Notes: generated from the sequence alone by a model not told the origin. Shown: positions 40,647 through 49,998, numbered from the stretch's first letter. The stretch is DNA of 64,000 nt from Thermoanaerobaculia bacterium (GCA_041567315.1 JBFGCA010000009.1:339-64338); one strand, 5' to 3'. A program made the numbers and translations.

Positions 40647-41735
40647 TCAGCGGCTTTCGGCGGCCGGCAGCTCGCGAACGTAGAGGTCGCGCTTGGGGTA
40701 GGGGATCTCGATCCGCTCGGTGGTGAGGCGCTTGTAGACCCGGGTGTTGAGGTCGTCCAGCACCCGCCCCCGAAGCATCGGCTCGGCGATCCAGCCGAGC
40801 AGCTCGAAGCTCAAGCCGGATTCCCCGAAGGCCCGGAAACGCACCCGCGGCTCGGGCTCCGGTTGGAGGTCGGGCTGCTCGGCCGCCACTTCCAGGAGCA
40901 CCTGCCGCACCCGGTCGACGTCCGAGCCGTAGGCCACCTCGACCTTGACGCGGATCCTCTCCCGGGTCCAGCGGCCGCCGCTCTCGTTGACGATCTTGGC
41001 GTTGGCGATCACCGCGTTGGGGATGGTGACCTCGACGTCGTCGCGGGTCAGCAGGCGCGTGCTGCGCAGCCCGATGTGGGTCACTTCACCGCGCTCGCCG
41101 CTGTCGAGCACGATGTAGTCGCCGGTCTGGTAGGGGGCGTCGGCGAGGATGAAGATGCCCGAGAAGAGGTTGGCCAGGGTGTCCTTGGCGGCAAAGCCGA
41201 GGGCCAGCCCCACGATGCCGCCCGAGACCAGCAGACCGCCGACGTTGATCCCCCAGGCGAGGAACACGAAATAGGTGGCGACGCCCAGCAGACCCAGCTT
41301 GGCCGTCTTGTCGAGCAGCGACAGGGTGCGCGGCTCGATCCTTGGCGAGTCGGGGCCGCCGAGCCGGCCCAGGGCCTCGACCAGCAGAGCCGAGGCGCGG
41401 AATCCGAAGCCCAGCCAGACCAGGACGAGCACGGTGACCAGGCTGTCGAGGACCACCCCCGAGAGCCGTTCGGGAAGCTCTAGCTGGCGGGTGGCCAGCC
41501 ACAGGCCGGCGAGCAGCACGCTGACGAAGATCGGCCGGTGGAGCAGGGCGATCAGCCGATCGTCGAGGTCGGTGCGCGAGCGGCGAACCCACAGCGCGAT
41601 CCCGCGGGTGATGACCAGGTCGCTGAGCTTGGCGAGGACGGCGGCGGCCGCCATCAGGACGGCGGCGCGCAGCCAGGGGTTGCCGGCGAGCGCCGCCGGC
41701 AGCCGGTCGAGGAGGGCGTCGGGAGAGAACGGCAT
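40647..41735 (-). CDS. mechanosensitive ion channel, MscS family
   Basis: TM3 pore helix GIVGLALGFAAKDTLANLFSGIFIL plus a beta-domain. Confidence 0.85.
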   Translation of the reverse strand: MPFSPDALLDRLPAALAGNPWLRAAVLMAAAAVLAKLSDLVITRGIALWVRRSRTDLDDRLIALLHRPIFVSVLLAGLWLATRQLELPERLSGVVLDSLVTVLVLVWLGFGFRASALLVEALGRLGGPDSPRIEPRTLSLLDKTAKLGLLGVATYFVFLAWGINVGGLLVSGGIVGLALGFAAKDTLANLFSGIFILADAPYQTGDYIVLDSGERGEVTHIGLRSTRLLTRDDVEVTIPNAVIANAKIVNESGGRWTRERIRVKVEVAYGSDVDRVRQVLLEVAAEQPDLQPEPEPRVRFRAFGESGLSFELLGWIAEPMLRGRVLDDLNTRVYKRLTTERIEIPYPKRDLYVRELPAAESR

Positions 41736-41854
41736 GGCGAGACGGCGGCGCCGGGGAAACCAGAGGATAACGCACCGGTCGACCGCCGACCGGCCGGCTA
41801 TACTCCGCGGGTCCGCGCCAGCCGCCCTGCGCCGTCCGCAGGGAGTTCCAATCC

Positions 41855-42916
41855 GTGCCTTCGAAGCCCCATCGCCTCGAGTCGCGGCGCATCGCGCTGC
41901 ACCGCAAGGTGGTGATGCGGGTGCCCGGAGAGCCGGGACTGATCACCGGTTTCTGCACCAACCTGTCGATGACCGGGATGTTCGTGCGCACCGATCTGCC
42001 GCGGCCGCCGGCGACCGTGCTGTCCTTCGAGTTCCGCCTGGTCGACGGCGCCGAGGCCGTCCGCGGCACCGGGCTGGTGACCTGGATCCGGGCCACCGAG
42101 GAAGGAGCCGACCGGCCGCCGGGCATGGGCCTCCAGTTCCTCGAGCTGGCGCCGTCGCACCGGCGGCTGCTGCGCCGCATCGTCGTCAAGCAGATGCCGG
42201 AGGGCGACGGCGCCGCGGTGCTGGCCGGGCTGCGCTCGGACCTGTCGGCCGCGCTCGACGGTGGGGCGGCGCCGGGGTTGCGCGGGGACCTGCCCCTGGA
42301 GGCCATCGAGCCGCCGGCGGTGGTCGCTGGCGGGGACCGGCGGCGGTGGTCGCCGATGGCCGCCTTGGGCTTGGTTCTCGCCCTGGCCGCCCTGATCGCC
42401 GGTGCCCGATTCCTCGGGGTCTTCGGCGGGGGGCGCGACCGGGCGGCGGGAGGGGCGGTCACCGCCAGCGCGCCGGTCTCCGCAACGGCGGGCGGGCCGG
42501 CGGCCGTTGCGCCCACCTCGGCCACAGCGGCGGCGGCGTCGCTCGGCGCGGGCGAGACCACGGCCCTGCCGATGACCGAGGCGGCGATCACCGAGGCGGT
42601 GCGCGCCTGGGCCCAGGCCTGGTCAGACCAGCGGGTCGACGACTACCTGGCGCACTACAGCCGCGCCTTCGAGCCGCCGGACGGTCTCGGGCGCGCCGCC
42701 TGGGAGACCGAGCGGCGCGAGCGGATCGCCGCCCCGAGCTTCGTCCGGGTGGCGATCGCCGCGCTCGACGCCGAGCCGCTGGCGCCCGGGACGGCGCGGG
42801 CGACCTTCTTTCAGACCTACCGCTCGGACCGCTTCCAGGACACGGTGCGCAAGACCCTCGAGCTGGTCTGGGAGGAGGGCGCCTGGAAGATCCGCCGCGA
42901 GCTGGCCGAGGACTAG
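41855..42916 (+). CDS. PilZ domain - TM - NTF2-like (Cds6-type) domain protein
   Basis: GTG start with AGGGAG RBS. N-terminal RRIALHRKV...GFCTNLSMTGMFVRT...GMGLQF (PilZ RxxxR/DxSxxG-like). Central TM. C-terminal AWAQAWSDQRVDDYLAHYS...WKI NTF2-like fold. Confidence 0.55.
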   Translation: MPSKPHRLESRRIALHRKVVMRVPGEPGLITGFCTNLSMTGMFVRTDLPRPPATVLSFEFRLVDGAEAVRGTGLVTWIRATEEGADRPPGMGLQFLELAPSHRRLLRRIVVKQMPEGDGAAVLAGLRSDLSAALDGGAAPGLRGDLPLEAIEPPAVVAGGDRRRWSPMAALGLVLALAALIAGARFLGVFGGGRDRAAGGAVTASAPVSATAGGPAAVAPTSATAAAASLGAGETTALPMTEAAITEAVRAWAQAWSDQRVDDYLAHYSRAFEPPDGLGRAAWETERRERIAAPSFVRVAIAALDAEPLAPGTARATFFQTYRSDRFQDTVRKTLELVWEEGAWKIRRELAED

Positions 42917-42982
42917 GCCGCTGTAATAGCATGGCCGCTCGCGCCCGGAGACGTCGGGCGTCGCTCCCATCCCAACCTCGCC

Positions 42983-43780
42983 GTGACTCAAACGCCGTTC
43001 ATCCGGGCCGGTCTGCTCGCGCTGGTGGTCGCCGCGGCCGCGACCTGCGGCGGAGAGGACGGCGGGCCTCCCGAGGCCGGAGCGCCGGCGACCGGGGCCA
43101 CGGGCCCGGGCGTCGCCGCCGGGCCGGCGGCCGCGCCGGACGTGGATCCCGAGATCTCTCCCGAGCTGGCCGACAGGGTGAGCTACAAGATGGGCCACAA
43201 CTGGGGCCTCAACTTCCGGGACGAGGAGTTCGACTACAACGAGGAGCTGCTGCTGGAAGGTCTGCACGACGCTCTGGCGGGCGAGGAGGGTCCCTACAGC
43301 CAGCCGGAGCTCAATGAGGCGATGGACCTCTTCCGCCAGAAACTTAAGGTGCGGCGCAACCTGCGCCGCGAGCGGCTGGCGGCCGAGAATGCCGCCGAGG
43401 GGCCGCCGTTCCTGGAGCGCAACGCGGGCCGCCCCGAGGTGGTCGTCCTGCCGAGCGGGCTGCAGTACGAGGTGCTGGCCAGCGGCTCGGGGCCGTCGCC
43501 GGGGCCCGGCGACCGGGTCACCGTCCACTACCGCGGCTGGTTCGTCGACGGCACCCAGTTCGACAGCTCGTACGACCGCGGACGCCCCAACGCCTTCACC
43601 CTCGACCGGGTGATCGAAGGCTGGCAGCAGGCGCTGACCCGGATGCGGGTCGGTGACCGCTGGAAGCTCTATATCCCGGCCGAGCTGGGCTACGGCGACC
43701 GCGGCTCGGGCAAGATCGCCCCCAACGCCACCCTGATCTACGAGCTGGAGCTGCTGGCCGTCGAACCGGCGGCGAGCTGA
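42983..43780 (+). CDS. FKBP-type peptidyl-prolyl cis-trans isomerase (FkpA-like lipoprotein)
   Basis: GTG start. Lipobox AAATCGG. N-terminal dimerisation helix. FKBP core (VTVHYRGWFVDGTQFDSSYDRGRPNAFTLDRVIEGWQQAL...ATLIYELELL). Confidence 0.85.
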   Translation: MTQTPFIRAGLLALVVAAAATCGGEDGGPPEAGAPATGATGPGVAAGPAAAPDVDPEISPELADRVSYKMGHNWGLNFRDEEFDYNEELLLEGLHDALAGEEGPYSQPELNEAMDLFRQKLKVRRNLRRERLAAENAAEGPPFLERNAGRPEVVVLPSGLQYEVLASGSGPSPGPGDRVTVHYRGWFVDGTQFDSSYDRGRPNAFTLDRVIEGWQQALTRMRVGDRWKLYIPAELGYGDRGSGKIAPNATLIYELELLAVEPAAS

Positions 43781-43822
43781 CGCGGCGCCGGCCGCCCCGT
43801 CGCGCCTCCGAGGTCATTGACG

Positions 43823-44851
43823 ATGCCGCGCGGCAGCGAAGCGACCCGCTCCACGGCCGCCCGGCGGGCCCTGCTGACCGCGCTGGCGGCGGGGCTGCTC
43901 TGGATGGCGCCGCCACCCCTCACCGCCGCTCGCCGCGTCGGGCCGCCCAGCGAGCAGCTCCGCGAGGAGCAGAACGCCGTGGTGGTGGCCCGGGCGGTGG
44001 GGCCGGCCGGCGAGGGCCGGTATCGCTTCGAGCGGCGGCGCGTGCTGCACGGCGAGGCGCCACCGCTGCTCGAGCTGCGGATGGACGAGGGGTCGCTCGG
44101 CGGGTTGCGGCCGGGCCGGAGCTACGTCGTGGGCTTTACCAGCCTGGTGCCGGTGCCGCGGCAGCGGAGGGTGTTCGCGCCCGACCCCTGCGGTCCCGCC
44201 GTGGTCCAGCTCGACGACGTCGGTGCCGCCCTGTTCGAGGACTCCCGGGCGCTGCGGTCCCTGGTGGCCGGCCCCGGGCCGGCCGCGCCCGCTCGCCAGG
44301 TCCGGGCCCTGCTGCGCCTGGCGAGCCGGGAGGATGGACCCGGCCGCCGCTTCGCCCTGGTCGAGCTGCACCTCCGCGACGACCTCCACTCGCGGCTGGG
44401 AGACACGGAGGTGAGGCGGTTGGGCGCGTTGTGGCCCGACCTGGCGGGGGACCCGCTGGGTCGCCACCACCTGCTCGAGCTGGCCCGCCTGCTGGCCGCC
44501 GGGCGGACGGTGCCCTGGCTCGCCGGCGCCTCCCGCGAGCTGCTGGCGGCGGCCCCGACCGAGCTCGACCTGGCCTCGCCGTGGCCCCTGCTGGTCCAGA
44601 CCGCGGCCGGGGGGCTCGCCGCAGCCGGCGGCCCCGGCGATCTGCCGGTGCTGGCCCGGCACCTGGTCTCCAACAACCCCGGGGTGGGCAAGGCGGCGCT
44701 GGCCGCGATGGAGAGCCTCGACCCCGGCGGCGCTATCCGCCGGGCGCGCGAGGCGCTGGAATCGTCCGAACTCCACCCGGAGACGCGGCGGGCCCTCGAG
44801 GCGTTCCTGGGACGGGTGGGCACCGGTGGGGCAAGCGAAGACGTAAGATAA
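43823..44851 (+). CDS. hypothetical secreted protein with HEAT/PBS-lyase-like C-terminal helices
   Basis: Signal peptide. C-terminal helical repeats (VLARHLVSNNPGVGKAALAAMESLDPGGAIRRAREALES). Confidence 0.4.
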   Translation: MPRGSEATRSTAARRALLTALAAGLLWMAPPPLTAARRVGPPSEQLREEQNAVVVARAVGPAGEGRYRFERRRVLHGEAPPLLELRMDEGSLGGLRPGRSYVVGFTSLVPVPRQRRVFAPDPCGPAVVQLDDVGAALFEDSRALRSLVAGPGPAAPARQVRALLRLASREDGPGRRFALVELHLRDDLHSRLGDTEVRRLGALWPDLAGDPLGRHHLLELARLLAAGRTVPWLAGASRELLAAAPTELDLASPWPLLVQTAAGGLAAAGGPGDLPVLARHLVSNNPGVGKAALAAMESLDPGGAIRRAREALESSELHPETRRALEAFLGRVGTGGASEDVR

Positions 44852-45049
44852 GCTGTAATCTAGGCTCGTCCGCGTGTGGTCTATACTCGCCGGGCTTTCG
44901 CCAGCCGGCCGCGCTCCCAGGGCGTGGCCTCCATTCGAGGAGAATCGACAACCGCAAGCTGCGTACCGCCGTAGGGGGAGAGCGGGGGGTGGTCCCGCCG
45001 GTCCAGCGGAAGGGGAGTGCTGCGCGCGCCCCTCGACAAGGAGAACGTA

Positions 45050-46741
45050 ATGAAGCTCAGGCTCGCGTTGTTTGTCGCCGTCGCGGCGCTGTACGTCCCC
45101 GCTGGGGCGATCGCGGACGGCGTTTCGCCGGCTCCGACCGTCACCTGGTCGATCCGCAACGACACCTCGCCGCCGCTGCGCGATCTGGCTACGGCGCCGG
45201 TGCTCGAACCGGGGCCGGCCCGCGAGATCCCGCTGCGAATCGTCGAGGGTCTGCCCGAGAAGCCGCCGTCCCCCGGGGTTCCCGATCCGCGGCGTCAGAC
45301 CGAGACCCGGCCGATCGAGGGCGGTCCCGCGACCCCTCCGCCGATCATCAACATCGAAGGGGTTGGCAACGTCAACGGCGTGCTGCCGCCCGACACCGAG
45401 GGCGACGTCGGCCCGGATTTCTACGTCCAGTGGATCAACCTCAGCTTCGCGGTCTTCGACAAGACCGACCCCGGCGGCACCCCCGTCTTCGGTCCGGTGA
45501 ACGGCAACACCATCTGGGCCGGTTTCGGTGGCGTCTGCCAGAACACCAACAACGGCGACCCGATCGTGCTCTACGACCACCTGGCCGACCGCTGGCTGCT
45601 CAGCCAGTTCGCGGTCAACAGCGGCGTGCAGTGCATCGCCATCTCGACCACCAGCGACCCCACCGGGCCCTATCACCGGTACGAGTTCACGGTAACGCCG
45701 GGCGGCCAGAACGACTACCCCAAGATCGGCCTGTGGCCGGACGGCTACTATCTGTCGACCCGTGACTTCCCGGTCGCGGATGGCTTGGCCGGCGCCGGCG
45801 TCTTCGAGCGCGACGAGATGCTGGTCGGCAACCCGGCCCGCTTCGTCAAGTTCGAACTCGAGTGCCTGGCCAACGACTGCGTCGACGGCTTCCAGCCCTC
45901 GCACCTCGAGGGGCCGCCGCCGCCAGCCGGCACCCCCAACACCTTCGTCAAGGACTGGGACGACGACTTCAACGCCACCGGCGCGCTGCCCGACCGCTAC
46001 CGGCTTTGGGACTTTTCGGTCGACTGGACGGTCGACCCGCCGGGGGCGACCTTCGTCGAGATCGCCGGGGTGCCGACCAGCGCCGACTTCGACCAGGACA
46101 TGTGCGGCTTCTTCGTCCGCAACTGCATCCCGCAGCCGGGGACCGCGCAGGGGCTCGACCCGATCGACGAGCTGACCATGTACCGGGCGCAGTTCCGCCA
46201 GTTCCCGACCCACCAGACGCTGCTCGTCAACCACACGGTGGACGCCACCGGCGGCGACGTCGCCGGCGTCCGCTGGGCCGAGCTGCGCAACACCGGGGCC
46301 GGGTGGACGCTGCACCAGGACGGCACCTACGCCCCGGCCGGCGGCGACAACCGCTGGATGGGCTCGATCGCCATGGACCAGCAGGGCAACATCGCGCTGG
46401 GCTACAGCGTTTCGAGCGGCGCCACCTTCCCCTCGGTCCGCTACACCTCGCGGCGGGCCGGCGACCCGCTGGGGATGATGCCCGGCGGCGAGGTCGACCT
46501 GATCGCCGGCACCGGCCATCAGACCAGCGGCTCCCATCGCTGGGGCGACTACTCGACGATGAGCGTCGACCCCGAGGACGGCTGCACCTTCTGGTTCACC
46601 CAGGAGTACGTCGAGACCTCCGGCAACGCCAACTGGAAGACCCGCATCGGCTCCTTCGTGATGCCCGAGTGCCTGGGGCAGATCTTCGCCGACGGGTTCG
46701 AGTCGGGCGACACCACGTCCTGGAGCGGCTCGGTCCCCTAA
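45050..46741 (+). CDS. secreted protein of unknown function, paralog A (C-terminal tail FADGFESGDTTSWSGSVP)
   Basis: AAGGAG RBS 6 nt upstream. Signal peptide. Shares RWGDYxxMxxDPxDGxxFW and the C-terminal tail with paralog B at 47239. Confidence 0.6.
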   Translation: MKLRLALFVAVAALYVPAGAIADGVSPAPTVTWSIRNDTSPPLRDLATAPVLEPGPAREIPLRIVEGLPEKPPSPGVPDPRRQTETRPIEGGPATPPPIINIEGVGNVNGVLPPDTEGDVGPDFYVQWINLSFAVFDKTDPGGTPVFGPVNGNTIWAGFGGVCQNTNNGDPIVLYDHLADRWLLSQFAVNSGVQCIAISTTSDPTGPYHRYEFTVTPGGQNDYPKIGLWPDGYYLSTRDFPVADGLAGAGVFERDEMLVGNPARFVKFELECLANDCVDGFQPSHLEGPPPPAGTPNTFVKDWDDDFNATGALPDRYRLWDFSVDWTVDPPGATFVEIAGVPTSADFDQDMCGFFVRNCIPQPGTAQGLDPIDELTMYRAQFRQFPTHQTLLVNHTVDATGGDVAGVRWAELRNTGAGWTLHQDGTYAPAGGDNRWMGSIAMDQQGNIALGYSVSSGATFPSVRYTSRRAGDPLGMMPGGEVDLIAGTGHQTSGSHRWGDYSTMSVDPEDGCTFWFTQEYVETSGNANWKTRIGSFVMPECLGQIFADGFESGDTTSWSGSVP

Positions 46742-46775
46742 TCGAGCTTTCGGTAAGTAAAGCGCCGGCCGCCGC

Positions 46776-46794
46776 GAGGCGTCCACGACGCCTC
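46776..46794 (+). other. hairpin (8-bp perfect stem GAGGCGTC/GACGCCTC with imperfect extension 46762-46806) between paralog A and the csp gene
   Basis: Read directly. Followed by TCTTCATC. Could be the paralog A terminator and/or part of the csp 5'UTR. Confidence 0.35.
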
Positions 46795-46835
46795 TCCGGG
46801 CGGCGCTCTTCATCAACCTGGAACAGGAGTAGTAG

Positions 46836-47045
46836 ATGATCGAGCAAGGCAAAGTGAAGTGGTTCAACGACGCCAAGGGCTACGGGTTCATCGTGCCCGA
46901 GAAGGGGGGCGCCGACGTCTTCGTCCACTACTCGGCGATCGTCGGCGAGCGGGGATTCAAGAGCCTGGCCGAGGGGGACCGGGTCTCGTTCGAGGCCGCT
47001 CAGGGTCCCAAGGGACTGCAGGCGAAGAACGTCGTCCGCCTCTAG
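46836..47045 (+). CDS. cold-shock protein, CspA family
   Basis: [12 protein letters not shown] (RNP1) and VFVHYSAI (RNP2). GGAG RBS. Confidence 0.9.
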   Translation: MIEQGKVKWFNDAKGYGFIVPEKGGADVFVHYSAIVGERGFKSLAEGDRVSFEAAQGPKGLQAKNVVRL

Positions 47046-47071
47046 GGGTCTGACATCGCGCCAACTCCGCG

Positions 47072-47110
47072 GGCGCCTCGCCGGATGGCCGGCGAGGCGC
47101 CCGTTTTTTT
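47072..47110 (+). terminator. rho-independent terminator of the csp gene
   Basis: GGCGCCTCGCCGG-ATGG-CCGGCGAGGCGCC (13-bp perfect stem) followed by CGTTTTTTT. Confidence 0.8.
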
Positions 47111-47238
47111 GCCCCGTGGAGCGGCGCCACGTCCGCGGCCGGGCGGCTCGCGTCCGCTGCCGGCATCGGGTAGACTGGCTCCATCAACGCCAGATAGGGG
47201 ACATCGGAAAAGGACGAATCTGAGAAAGGGAGACACTG

Positions 47239-48978
47239 ATGAGACGCCTCTTCCAGCCGCTGCTTTTCGCTGTCCTACTCTTCGGGGTTGCCTGTGCGGG
47301 GCTCGATCGCCCGGCGACGGCCCCCAGCGCGGACCTCGAGCCCGCCAGGCTCGAGCCGGCGCCGGCGGCGCCGGCCGGCGCGGTCGCCTGGCGCGACGAG
47401 CGACCGGCGTTGCCGTGGGCGGAGACGCTGACCATCCAGGCGGACGGCCCCTACATGATCGACGCCCGGAACCTGCCGCCGGCCGCCCTGCCGGCGGACG
47501 CGCCGGTGAAGCCGCGGGTGGTTCCGGCGCCCAAGCGGCTGCTCAGCGACGAGCAGGTCGCGGCGCTGCGCGAGGCGGCCCGCAACCTGCCGCCCAACGA
47601 CCGGGTGATCCGGCCGGGCAGCGCGCCCGGCGGCCAGGCGCCGACCCTGAATACCAGCTTTCCGACCATCGACTACCCGACCACCGGCACCGGGCTGACC
47701 CCGCCCGATCCCGAGCTGGCGGTGGGCCCCAACCACGCGATCGCCATCGTCAACGCGGCCTTCGAGATCTACGACAAGACCGGGGCCATCCTGCTGCCCT
47801 CGACCACGCTGGCCAGCTTCTTCGCCGGGGTGCCCGACTGCGACGACTTCCTGTTCGACCCCAACGTGCTCTACGACGAGGTCTTCGACCGCTTCATCAT
47901 CGGCGCCGACGACAACGGCACCCAGTACTGCGTGGCGGTCACCACCGGCTCCGACCCGACGCTGACCTACTTCGGCTACAACCTGCAGACCGACGTCGGC
48001 GGCGCCTTCTTCGACTACCCGCACGCGGGGGTCGGCTCGGACGCCATCTACATGGGCTCCAACCAGTTCGGCGGCGTGCCGGGCTTCGAAGGCCGGGTGT
48101 GGGCGATGGACAAGGTGGACATGTACGCCGGCCTGCCGCTGGTCTCGGTGACCCAGTCGACCGGCTCCGACGGCACCCCCTGGCCGGCCGATTTCCACGG
48201 CGCCAACGACGGCTCGTTCCCGCCCTCGGGGAGCCCGCACTGGATCATGACCGAGGTCTTCGACGGCTGCATCCACAACGTCTGGACCTGGACCGACCCG
48301 TTCGGCGCCAACAGCTTCGTCAAGGGGTCGAATCTCGATCTCTGCGCCTTCACGGGGATCGGTCCCGGATTCCCGCTGTCCGGGCCGCAGCTGGGCGGTG
48401 GCGACATCTACGACATCATGGACTGGCGCGGGCAGTCGACCCACTACCGTAACGGCGTGCTGCACATCGCCAATCAGGGCTTTGCCTGCAACCCGGGCGG
48501 CGGCACCGTCGACTGCGTGCGCTGGGCGCAGATCGACCCGATCGCCGACGCCATCCTCGACGCCGGGGTCTTCGGTACCAACAACGACTACCGCGGCTAT
48601 GCCAGCGTCGCCGCCAACCGTTGCAACGACATGGCGATCGGCTATTCGAACACCAACTCGGGGATCTGGCCCGAGACCCGCGTTACCGGCCGCGAGGCCA
48701 CCGACCCGCCGGGGACGCTACAGCCCGAGGTGATCCTCAAGCTCGGCGAGGAGACCTTCGACTGCTTCGACGGGGCGCCCTACCGCTGGGGCGACTACAC
48801 GGGGATGACGATCGACCCCGACGGCGTCCGGTTCTGGTACCTGGGGCAGTACTCGAAGACGACGGGGGCCTCCTGCGACTGGGGGACGTTCGTCGGCGAG
48901 TTCACCTACCAGTGCCCGATCTTCACCGACGGCTTCGAGTCCGGGGATATCTCGTCCTGGTCGTCGTCGGTGCCCTGA
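47239..48978 (+). CDS. secreted protein of unknown function, paralog B (C-terminal tail FTDGFESGDISSWSSSVP)
   Basis: AGGGAG RBS. Signal peptide/lipobox (FGVAC). Shares the motifs of paralog A. Confidence 0.6.
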   Translation: MRRLFQPLLFAVLLFGVACAGLDRPATAPSADLEPARLEPAPAAPAGAVAWRDERPALPWAETLTIQADGPYMIDARNLPPAALPADAPVKPRVVPAPKRLLSDEQVAALREAARNLPPNDRVIRPGSAPGGQAPTLNTSFPTIDYPTTGTGLTPPDPELAVGPNHAIAIVNAAFEIYDKTGAILLPSTTLASFFAGVPDCDDFLFDPNVLYDEVFDRFIIGADDNGTQYCVAVTTGSDPTLTYFGYNLQTDVGGAFFDYPHAGVGSDAIYMGSNQFGGVPGFEGRVWAMDKVDMYAGLPLVSVTQSTGSDGTPWPADFHGANDGSFPPSGSPHWIMTEVFDGCIHNVWTWTDPFGANSFVKGSNLDLCAFTGIGPGFPLSGPQLGGGDIYDIMDWRGQSTHYRNGVLHIANQGFACNPGGGTVDCVRWAQIDPIADAILDAGVFGTNNDYRGYASVAANRCNDMAIGYSNTNSGIWPETRVTGREATDPPGTLQPEVILKLGEETFDCFDGAPYRWGDYTGMTIDPDGVRFWYLGQYSKTTGASCDWGTFVGEFTYQCPIFTDGFESGDISSWSSSVP

Positions 48979-49004
48979 GCGGCCGCGCTCTCGAGCAGTG
49001 AGAC

Positions 49005-49037
49005 GAAGAGCCGGGCTGACAGCCCGGCTCTTCTTTG
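49005..49037 (+). terminator. rho-independent terminator after paralog B
   Basis: GAAGAGCCGGGCT-GAC-AGCCCGGCTCTTC (13-bp perfect stem) followed by TTTG. Confidence 0.8.
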
Positions 49038-49168
49038 TGGGGGCGTCGGCGGTCCGGAAGCGGGAAAGGCGTCCTCATGAGCGTGCCCGCCCGGATGAGC
49101 TTTCGCGGCCAGTGTCGGTGCAGGTGCGATGGACAGCGGCGGGGGACACCGGAGGGCCTCGTCCGAGA

Positions 49169-49732
49169 TCAAAGACCGGAGGTGCCTGCCGCCGAGGTTT
49201 CGGGGGCTGCCACCGGGGCGGCAGGCGCCGTGGGAGCGCCGGGGCGGTAGAGGGTCACCAGGCCGCCACCGAGGGCGGCGAGGAGGATGCCGGCGACGAA
49301 CTGCCAGCGGACGGTCGACCAGCCGCCGGCGGGGGGGTGAATGGAGAGGGCCACCAGGGCGTTGACCACCGGGGCGCCGGCGAAGATGATCGACATCACG
49401 ACGCTGGGGCTGCCGCCGGCCCCGAAGGCCAGGAGCACGCAGAAGGCGCCGGCCGCGCCGACGATGCCGGCGAGCAGGGACCAGAACGCGCCAGGACCGG
49501 GGAACGACCACGAGGCGCCCGAGGCCAGCAAGAGCCCGATCGGCGCCAGCACGGCGGTCAGGAAGTAGGCGATGCCCACGAACAGGAAGGCCTTGTAGCG
49601 GCCGTGGGCGGGGTCGGCCATGCCCATCTGGCCGCTGTGCAGGAACACCCCGTAGAGCCCCCAGGTGGCCACGGTCATCAGGCTGAAGAGCAGCCACGTC
49701 ATTCCTGGACTCGCTCCGTCGGTCATCGCCAA
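49169..49732 (-). CDS. integral membrane protein, unknown function
   Basis: Strong RBS AGGAGGGAGGG upstream of the ATG at 49732. ~5 TM helices. Confidence 0.5.
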   Translation of the reverse strand: MAMTDGASPGMTWLLFSLMTVATWGLYGVFLHSGQMGMADPAHGRYKAFLFVGIAYFLTAVLAPIGLLLASGASWSFPGPGAFWSLLAGIVGAAGAFCVLLAFGAGGSPSVVMSIIFAGAPVVNALVALSIHPPAGGWSTVRWQFVAGILLAALGGGLVTLYRPGAPTAPAAPVAAPETSAAGTSGL

Positions 49733-49998
49733 ACCCTCCCTCCTTTTTCGGTTTCAATCCTCCTCGATTGCGGGCGGTGGCAGCCTACCAGCGCGGTCGA
49801 CCTAAAGCCCGGCCGCAGAAGCCGCTGGGGTCCCACCGAAATCAACCGGAAGAAGCAGCTTTCGGCCTTCGCCGATCGCTGGGCGCCCTGCGCGACATCA
49901 CCTTCGCGAAGGCCCCCCTCCGGCTGCTACTTGAAGAGCTCTCTTCGCCGCTCGAGCACTCTCGAGGCTCGCGATCACGCCAGAAGCCCGTCGCCGTC

